Shown: one piece after another, positions 13,419-21,900 of the stretch | Numbering within the stretch: the stretch's first letter is position 1 | Layout: every line of letters begins with the position of its first letter | Virus record (IMG/VR): IMGVR_UViG_3300025450_001231 | DNA: 64,000 nt | DNA from: a virus | Taxonomy: Duplodnaviria; Caudoviricetes | Reading direction: 5' to 3' (one strand) | The notes under the pieces: generated by a model | What the model saw: only the letters and a program-made list of their open reading frames with translations | What the model was told of the DNA's origin: nothing | Databases searched by the model: none | Program-made: the position numbers and the translations under genes

Positions 13419-14135
13419 ATGATAATTTCTGGTGTCAATCTAATTAATGTTGGGTATGTGCGGGACACACCGCCTATCGTTACCTCAGGAACATTGCTAT
13501 ATCTTGATGCCGGTAATTCGGCTAGTTATCCAGGTACAGGCGGTACTTGGTATGATCTAAGCGGAAATAACAATAATACTTTTTCATCAAGCAATACAGT
13601 ATTCAATTCAGCCAATGGCGGATATTTTAATTTTACTGACCCAGGATGGTTTCAAACAACCAGTTCAAAATATAATGTAACATACACTGGTAAGAGTATT
13701 TTTATGGCTGGTAAACTAACTGGTGCCATGGGATCTGGCACATACCGTTGTTTGTTTGGTAGCAACGGAGCCAATAGAAATTTCAATTTGTATTTTTATT
13801 ATACAGGTAGTGCATACGAATTACATTTTGCACAAGGTTATGGCGGTGGCTCGGGAGGCATAAGCACTCCGTTGACTTATACTTTTGGTAACTGGTTTAC
13901 CTGTGGAGTCACAATGACTACGGATGGCACAATAACTTACTACTTTAACGGCCAGCAGGTCAGTATATCATCTGGAACATTTTATCAATATCTAACTACA
14001 ACCAGTGAGAACGTTGGGGCAAGCGATAACTATTGGTCTGGTCCTATCAGTGTAACAGCAGTATACAGTAGAGCATTATCGTCTGCAGAAATGCTACAGA
14101 ATCACAACTCAGTTCGATCAAGATACGGTTTGTAG
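13419..14135 (+). CDS. LamG/ConA-like domain protein, putative tip adhesin (cassette gene C1)
   Basis: 238 aa, starting 1 nt after the upstream stop. [29 protein letters not shown]...YFNG and [15 protein letters not shown] are typical phage LamG-like motifs. Confidence 0.8.
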   Translation: MIISGVNLINVGYVRDTPPIVTSGTLLYLDAGNSASYPGTGGTWYDLSGNNNNTFSSSNTVFNSANGGYFNFTDPGWFQTTSSKYNVTYTGKSIFMAGKLTGAMGSGTYRCLFGSNGANRNFNLYFYYTGSAYELHFAQGYGGGSGGISTPLTYTFGNWFTCGVTMTTDGTITYYFNGQQVSISSGTFYQYLTTTSENVGASDNYWSGPISVTAVYSRALSSAEMLQNHNSVRSRYGL

Positions 14136-14137
14136 TA

Positions 14138-14145
14138 TATAAGTA
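14138..14145 (+). promoter_or_regulatory. Variant late promoter TATAAGTA
   Basis: One mismatch to TATAAATA, 18 nt before the ATG at 14164, followed by an SD-like AGGA. Confidence 0.45.
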
Positions 14146-14163
14146 TTAATAATAGGAACAAAA

Positions 14164-15039
14164 ATGCCATTAAATTTTCCAGGATCAGCAACAACAGGTG
14201 CAACATATACCGGACCGAACGGAGTTATATACACTTTTGACGGAAATGTTTGGAATGGTTCGGCTCCTACTGTTACTGGACCACAAGGTCCAATTGGTAA
14301 CGCTGGACCACAAGGACCACAAGGTCCGATTGGTAATGTTGGCCCGAGTGGCCCAAGCGGAGTACAAGGACCACAAGGACCACAAGGTCCCATTGGTAAT
14401 ACTGGGCCACAAGGGCCTTCAGGTGGAGGTTCACAAGGACCACAAGGACCTCAAGGACCACTTGGTAATGCAGGACCGCAAGGACCACAGGGACCAATTG
14501 GTAATATTGGACCACAAGGGCCACAAGGCCCACAAGGAACTGTAGGATCACAAGGCCCTCAGGGACCAATCGGTAATACAGGAGCCCAAGGACCACAAGG
14601 CCCAACCGGACCTAACGCCAATCAAACTTTGAACACCAGTAGTTCTGTTACTTTTGCTGGAATTACCAGTACTGGCACAATAACAGGTAATGCAAACAGT
14701 AGTGCAACTACATCAACTGGTGTTGGTTATATTGGGATGCCACAAAATACGCAAAGCAGTAATTATACACTGGCATTGACAGACCAAGGTAGCCAACTTT
14801 ATATAACTGGAACTTCAACCTTAACTATCCCAGCAAATAGTAGTGTAGCATTTCCAATTGGGGCCACTGTGGTAATTATAGCAGGACCTAGTGCCACTGT
14901 AACAATATCTTGCGGAGATACTATGTATTTGGCTATATCTGGTACCACTGGATCTCGCACATTAGCAGCATATGGTATGGCAACTGCAACTAAAGTTGCC
15001 AGTACAACTTGGTACATCACTGGCGGGGGATTGACCTAA
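14164..15039 (+). CDS. Short collagen-like fibre protein
   Basis: 291 aa. It begins MPLNFP...YTFDGNVW, has collagen at ~14280-14615, and ends in a compact domain ([10 protein letters not shown]...[14 protein letters not shown]). Confidence 0.8.
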   Translation: MPLNFPGSATTGATYTGPNGVIYTFDGNVWNGSAPTVTGPQGPIGNAGPQGPQGPIGNVGPSGPSGVQGPQGPQGPIGNTGPQGPSGGGSQGPQGPQGPLGNAGPQGPQGPIGNIGPQGPQGPQGTVGSQGPQGPIGNTGAQGPQGPTGPNANQTLNTSSSVTFAGITSTGTITGNANSSATTSTGVGYIGMPQNTQSSNYTLALTDQGSQLYITGTSTLTIPANSSVAFPIGATVVIIAGPSATVTISCGDTMYLAISGTTGSRTLAAYGMATATKVASTTWYITGGGLT

Positions 15040-15782
15040 TGTCAGGTATAATGTTGGCATCTTCGGGTATACTTTCTTCCAAACAGCATAGTGGATTCTA
15101 CGGACCTGCACCAAGTTTATACTCTCTTTCTGCCAGTGCGTATAATGTACAAGTTACGCTACCTGCCAATGGCCTACTTATATATACATTTTGTGGTATA
15201 GTACAAACAGGCTACGGATTTTCTATATCAAATGTAATATTCGGTAATAGTACGAGACCATTTACACAGAGATACGGCACTGGTAGTGTAGCAGGTACTG
15301 GTGGCAACTATGATTTTATTTTATATTACTATGTAAACAAAACTGGTTCTTCGATTACAGGATATATTAGTAGAACTCTTTCATTACCTACCAATAATTC
15401 ATTGGCAGAATCTTGGCAAGTGTTTACTGGAGTAAATCCATCAAATCCATTTTATACTTCTTCTACTAGCACTAGTGGTAGTTATACTGGGATATCTGGA
15501 AATTTTGGATATCCTAGTATCTCATTAAGTAACATACCAGCATACACTACGCCTATTGTATATTTTGCTGGTAAAAGCGGCTTAAATGCCAAAGCAATAA
15601 CTGGATGGACGTCAACTGCGTCTTCCGCAGGATCGTATTCAGGGTATACTTGTAGCCAAATGGGATTCTACAAACAGTACACCACTGCTACATCTTCAGA
15701 TGCGGCCACAATGACTACTCAAGTAGGAACAACCGCCACTCCTACTTTTTATGCCTGGGATATATTACAACCGGCGTCATAA
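15039..15782 (+). CDS. Beta-rich hypothetical protein, probable partner or tip of the upstream collagen fibre
   Basis: The likely start is MSGIML at 15039, which overlaps the upstream stop (TAATG). The track's 15009 start lies inside the previous gene. 247 aa, rich in Tyr, Ser and Thr. Confidence 0.65.
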   Translation: MSGIMLASSGILSSKQHSGFYGPAPSLYSLSASAYNVQVTLPANGLLIYTFCGIVQTGYGFSISNVIFGNSTRPFTQRYGTGSVAGTGGNYDFILYYYVNKTGSSITGYISRTLSLPTNNSLAESWQVFTGVNPSNPFYTSSTSTSGSYTGISGNFGYPSISLSNIPAYTTPIVYFAGKSGLNAKAITGWTSTASSAGSYSGYTCSQMGFYKQYTTATSSDAATMTTQVGTTATPTFYAWDILQPAS

Positions 15783-15916
15783 ATATTTTATGAAATAGAC
15801 TAATAATTTATGATTATAAGCAAGCGGCGTGGGTGGTGAAGTAAACTAAATTAGCAAGAAAAATCTTAAAAAAACCCAGTAAATTGCCCGCTTAGATATA
15901 AAATTTCAATTCATGC

Positions 15917-15922
15917 TAAATA
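15917..15922 (+). promoter_or_regulatory. T4-late-type promoter core TAAATA
   Basis: gcTAAATA lies 26 nt before the ATG at 15949, with AAGG downstream. Confidence 0.6.
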
Positions 15923-15948
15923 CACTATAATTAAAAGGTACCCGTAAA

Positions 15949-18900
15949 ATGGCACTAACCAGACCAACGCTAGAAAATATAAACAGTAACCTCGTTGAGC
16001 TTACTGACTCCCTAATAACACTTAACTATGCCAATGGATCCTCTGCAATCAGCAGAGACCAAGGTATTGTTTTTAATCGTGCAACACAAAGCAATGTTGC
16101 ACTGATTTGGAATGAATCCATCGGTGCATTCCGAACAGTATATACTACTGCAACAGGCAAAGAAAAAGGTAATATCTCTGTTACCAGCAACGCAGATTTT
16201 GTATTTGGTAATACAACACAATCTGGTGCATCAACAATTGCAGGTATCTTAACTGTAACTAATAGTACACTATCAAGCAGTACTAGCAGTGGTGCAGTTG
16301 TTGTGTCTGGCGGTTTAGGTGTTGCTGGCAACATTTATTCAGGTAGTTTATACACCAATAACATTAATTTAGCCAATGGTAGCCCATTATCTAGTAATTT
16401 AAGAATTACTGGCGATGCTACTGGTCAAGGTTTTGCGTATACAGGTACTGCTTCAGTTCCTTCAACCGTTAATATTACACTAGCAAGTACTGGTGTTACT
16501 GCTGGAAGTTACGGTAATTCTGTTTCTATCCCAACATTCACAGTTGATGCCAAAGGTAGACTAACTTCTGCAGGTTCTGTAGCATTAGTAGCATACAATG
16601 ATTATGCAGCTGATACTGGTACTCCTGCAAATATTGCGTTAGGTGGTACACTAACAATTGCTGGTACAGCAAATCAGATTTCAACTTCGGTAGCTGGTAA
16701 TACAATTACCATTGCTTTACCTAATTCCATTACTACTCCAGGCGACTTGTTCGTTACTGGTAATTTGGCTATTGCTGGTAATACAACTTATGTTACTGCA
16801 ATTACAGTTACAACAAATGATAAAACAACACACCTAGCCAATAATACTGCACAAGGTGCAAGTTTAACTGGTGCTGGTTTGATTGTTGGTCAAGCAAATG
16901 CAGCTACTTTCTTATACGATGATACTACAACCAGCTGGCAGAGCAACTTAAACATTACTCCAACTGCTAATGCTACATTGAATTTAGGTGGTACTAGCAA
17001 TTACTGGAGTACTGGTTACTTCAATGCTATTCAAGCACCTAGTATTACTGGTGTATTGCAAACTGCAGCTCAACCAAATATTACTAGCTTAGGTACAATT
17101 ACTAATTTAACAGTTAGTGGAACAGTAACTGCTTCGACAGTAAATGCTGCCACAATTGGTAACACTGGTGCTACTTTAACTGGTACATTAAGCACAAATG
17201 CACAACCAAATATTACATCAGTTGGTACATTAACTGGTTTAACATTAAGAGGTACTTTATACGGTACTAGTGTCCAAGCTCAATCGTTTGGAAATTTAGG
17301 CGCAACTTTTAGCGGTGATACATTCTCTGCAGTTAGCGGATTCCAAGGCCCATTAAATGGTACATTGGGTTCAGCTGGTGGCAATACTGCCATTGTCAGC
17401 ACACTGAGTGCTACAGGCAATGCAACAGTTAATTCATTGAGCGTTAACAACTCAGCTACTATTACTGGTACATTGGGTGTAACTGGAAACACAACAGTTG
17501 CTAATTTATCTGTAACTGGCATATTAAATGCTCCGAGTATTAGTCTAAGCGGTGGTTTGCAAAATACTCCAATTGGTAATGCAATACCAAGCACAGGCAA
17601 TTTTACAACATTAACTGCAAACACTGAAAGTGTAAGTGGTAACTCTACTGTAAATGGCTTAACAGTCAATACTAGTGCAGTTGTTGGTACAACACTACAA
17701 GCTCAAGGCGGCTTACAAAATACAGTAATTGGTAATGTTACTCCAACTACTGCTTATTTCACTACTGCTTATGCAGGTACACTAAATGCTGCACAAATTG
17801 GTAATACTGGTGCATTGTTAACTGGTACATTAGATTCTGCTAGCGGTGTTCAAAGCAATATTACTACTGTTGGTACATTAGGTAACTTAACAGTAACAAA
17901 CACAATTAACGCAAACAAAGTTCAAGCAAGTGTAATTGGTAACACCGGTGCTGCATTACAAGGTGCAACAGTTACAGCTTCTACTGCTATTCTTGGCCCA
18001 GTTGGTGTAGGCGGAGCAAATGTTGGTTTCTTTACAGACATTAATGCTTCTGGTAATGTAACTGCAGCTACTATTGTTAGCAATGGTTCAGTTACTGGTA
18101 CTTCTGCACAATTTACTACAATTAACGGTAGTGGCAATTTAACAGTTGACGGTTTAACTGTTAATACTAGTGCAGTAATTGGCACAACATTACAAGCAGT
18201 TGCTGGTATCCAAAATACCCCAATTGGTAATGTAACTGCCAGTTCAGGTCGGTTTACTACAATTGCTGGTAGCAGTACATTAAATGTTGGCGGAACTGCC
18301 ACAGTTAACGCATTGACCAGTAACGGAGCAGTTACAGGTACTACTGCACAATTTACTACAGTCAACGGTAGTGCAAATGCTACAGTTGATGGATTGAGTG
18401 TTAATAATTCAGTTACAATCGGAACTACATTAGGAGTTTCTGGTGCTACATCATTGGCCAATGTTACTGCTGGAAATGCAACAGTAACAGGCACATTAAC
18501 TACAAACGGCATTACAATTACAGGTGGTATTCAAAATACTCCAATTGGTAATGCTATTGCAAGTACTGGTACATTTACAACATTAACAGGTACAAGTTTC
18601 AATACTAGCGGTAATGCAACAATCAATGCATTGAGTGTTAATAATACAGCTACTATCGGAAGCACATTAAGTGCAAGCAGCTTGGAAAATACACCAATTG
18701 GTACAATTACTCCTGCAACAGGTACATTCACAACATTGATTGGTACAACAGAAAGTATCAGCGGTAATGCAGTAGTAAATGGATTAACAGTCAATACTAG
18801 TGCAGTAGTTGGTACAACGCTACAAGCAGTTGCTGGTATCCAAAATACAGTAATTGGTAATGTACAAGCAACTTCTGCTAACTTTACAGTTGTTAATGCT

Positions 18901-21900
18901 AGCGGAATAATTAATGCTGGTTCTGGAATTAGAACTACTGGCAATATTATTCCTACTGCAGATTTAACATACACATTAGGAAATTCAACAAATAGATTTA
19001 AGAGTCTATATGTTGGCGGAAATACAATTTACATCGGTACTGCTAATATCAGCTTAGATAATAACGGCAATGTATTGATTAACTCAGGTATCGGCAATCA
19101 AATTAATTTGTCAAATACTGGTGTATCATTGACTTCGTTTAACACTGATATCAGTAGCGGAGTATTATACGGTAACTTGATTGGTACATATGCTAATGTT
19201 ACTAATCTATATGCACAAAACGGTACATTCGGAGTAGGAGTCGCTACAGGCACATTGAATGCCAATGCTAATGCTACGGTTAACGGACTAACTGTTAATA
19301 ACAGCGGCACATTTGGTACAACACTACAAGCAGTTGCTGGTATCCAAAATACGGTAATTGGTAATGTAACTGCAGCTGCTGGTTACTTTACAAACTTAAA
19401 TGCCACTCAAGCAATTAGTGGCGGTACAACATTAAACATTGGTGGAAATGCTACAGTTAATGCATTGGCAGTTAACAATTCAGCTACAGTTGGTGCAACA
19501 CTGCAAGCAGTTGCTGGTATCCAAAATACTGTAATTGGTAATGTAACTGCAGCTGATGGTTATTTTAATAATCTATATAGCACAAGTGTTAACAATAGCG
19601 GTAACCTAATAGTTAATGGCTTGACAGTCAACACAAGTGCAGTAATACAAGATACACTAAGTGCTGGTAGTTTAGAAAATACTCCAATCGGTACAGTTAC
19701 TCCTGCTACTGGTACATTTACTGACATCGTTGGTTCTACTGAAAGCGTTAGTGGTAATTCCACAGTTAACGGTTTAACTGTTAATACTAGTGCTACTATT
19801 GGTACAACATTGGGTGTTACTGGAAATGCTACAGTTGGTAACTTGATTACTGCAGGCTCTTCAGGAACTGGTAATATCAGTGGTGTAAACACAATATTTG
19901 CAATATCTGCAAACATCAGCGGAAACACTACAACTAATCAATTAACAGTTAATTCTAATGCAACAATTGGCGGAACATTGGGTGTTACTGGCGGTAACGT
20001 AAATATTGCATCAGGCTACTATTTGGTAGGTAATATTGCTGGTTCAATATCTGGTGCAGTCAGTGCAGCAGGTAATGATACACAAGTTCAATATAATAAC
20101 AGCGGATTGATTGGCGCTAATGCAGGATTTAGATTTACTTCAAGTACTGCTACATTAAATGTAAATGGTAGTGTAGTTACTGACACAGTAAATGCAGCTA
20201 CTATTGGTAACACAGGGGCTGCATTAACAGGTGCAACATTGGCAACTAGCAGTACTGCTACAGTTGGTGATTCATTAACTGTACAGGCCAACGCAACAAT
20301 CAATGCATTGAGTGTTAATAATACCGCTACAATTGGTAGTACATTGAGTGCAAGCAGCATAGAAAATACACCAATTGGTACAATTACACCAAATACTGGT
20401 GCATTTACTACAGTTAACGCCAGCGGAACTGCTACAGTTAACGTATTGCATAGTAACGGAGCAGTTACCGGTACTGCAATTACTGGTAGCGGAAATGCTA
20501 CAGTTAATGCATTAAGTGTTAATAACTCTACTACAGTAGGTGGTACATTAAGTGCTACTGCTGGTATCCAAAATACAGTAATTGGTAATGTAACTGCAGC
20601 TGCTGGTTACTTTACAAACTTGAATAGCACAAGCCTTAACGATAGTGGCAATGCTACTGTTGACGGTTTAACAGTTAATACTAGTGCAGTAATTGGAACT
20701 ACATTGGAAGTTCAAGGTAACATCCAAGCTGGTAACATTTCAGCCAATGGCTTAGAGTCTTCAAGCACAGTTAGTGTACTTGGAGTACAAAATTCAACTG
20801 GTGTAGGTACTGGTGCATTGACTGTTGTTGGTGGCGCAAGTATTAGTAAAGATTTGTATGTTGGTGGTACATTGTATGTTCCAAATCTTGCATCAACAAA
20901 TTCTACAATACTAAGTATAACCGATCCATTGTTGTATTTGACTGCTAATACACCATATCCATACAATTATGAAATTGGTATTTACAGTCACTATATTGGT
21001 GGCACATATGCTGATGCTAATGCAAATGTATATCAACATACTGGTTTGGTACGTGACCACGCAGACATGACTTGGTATTTGTTCAGTAATGCAGCTGAAC
21101 CCGGTGGTGGATTAGTTGATGTAACAAATCCTAATGTACAACTCGATTCTTTACACATTGGATCATTGTTTAGCTCTGCTATCTATGGTAGCAGCACATT
21201 AGATGTCCAAGCAAATGCTACCGTAAATGCATTGACAGTTAACAATTCTGCTACAATGTCTACATTGGGTGTAAGCGGAACTGCTACAATGGCTAATGCT
21301 ACAGTAACAGGTACATTAACTACAAATGGTATTACAATTACCGGCGGTATCCAAAATACTCCAATTGGTAATGCTACCCCAAATACAGGTACATTCACAA
21401 CATTGATCGGTACAACAGAAAGTATCAGTGGTAATGCAACAGTTAATGCAATGACTGTTAACACTAGTGCAACAGTTGGTAGCACATTAAATGCAGCTGG
21501 TGGTGTACAAAATACTCCAATTGGTAACGCAACACCAAACACTGGTACATTTACAAACATTATTGGTTCTACAGAAAGTATTAGTGGTAATGCAACAGTA
21601 AATGCACTAACAGTTAATACTAGTGCAACAACCGGTGGTACATTAAGTGCTGCAGGCGGATTGCAAAATACAATTATTGGTAATGGAACTGCAGCGGCAG
21701 CTACTGTAACAACATTGATTGCAACTACAGAAAGCGTAAGCGGCAATTCTACTGTAAACGGGTTGACTGTTAATACTAGTGCAACAACTGGTGGCACATT
21801 CAATGCAGCCGGTGGTGTACAAAATACCCCAATTGGTAATGCAACACCAAACACTGGTTTGTTTACAACATTGACATCAACAGGCAATACAACAGTAAAT

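Noticed and set aside
15780-15785. TAAATA overlapping the stop of 15039..15782
   Set aside because: It is probably a TAA stop followed by AT-rich sequence. It is far from the next ATG, and a better-placed box exists at 15917.
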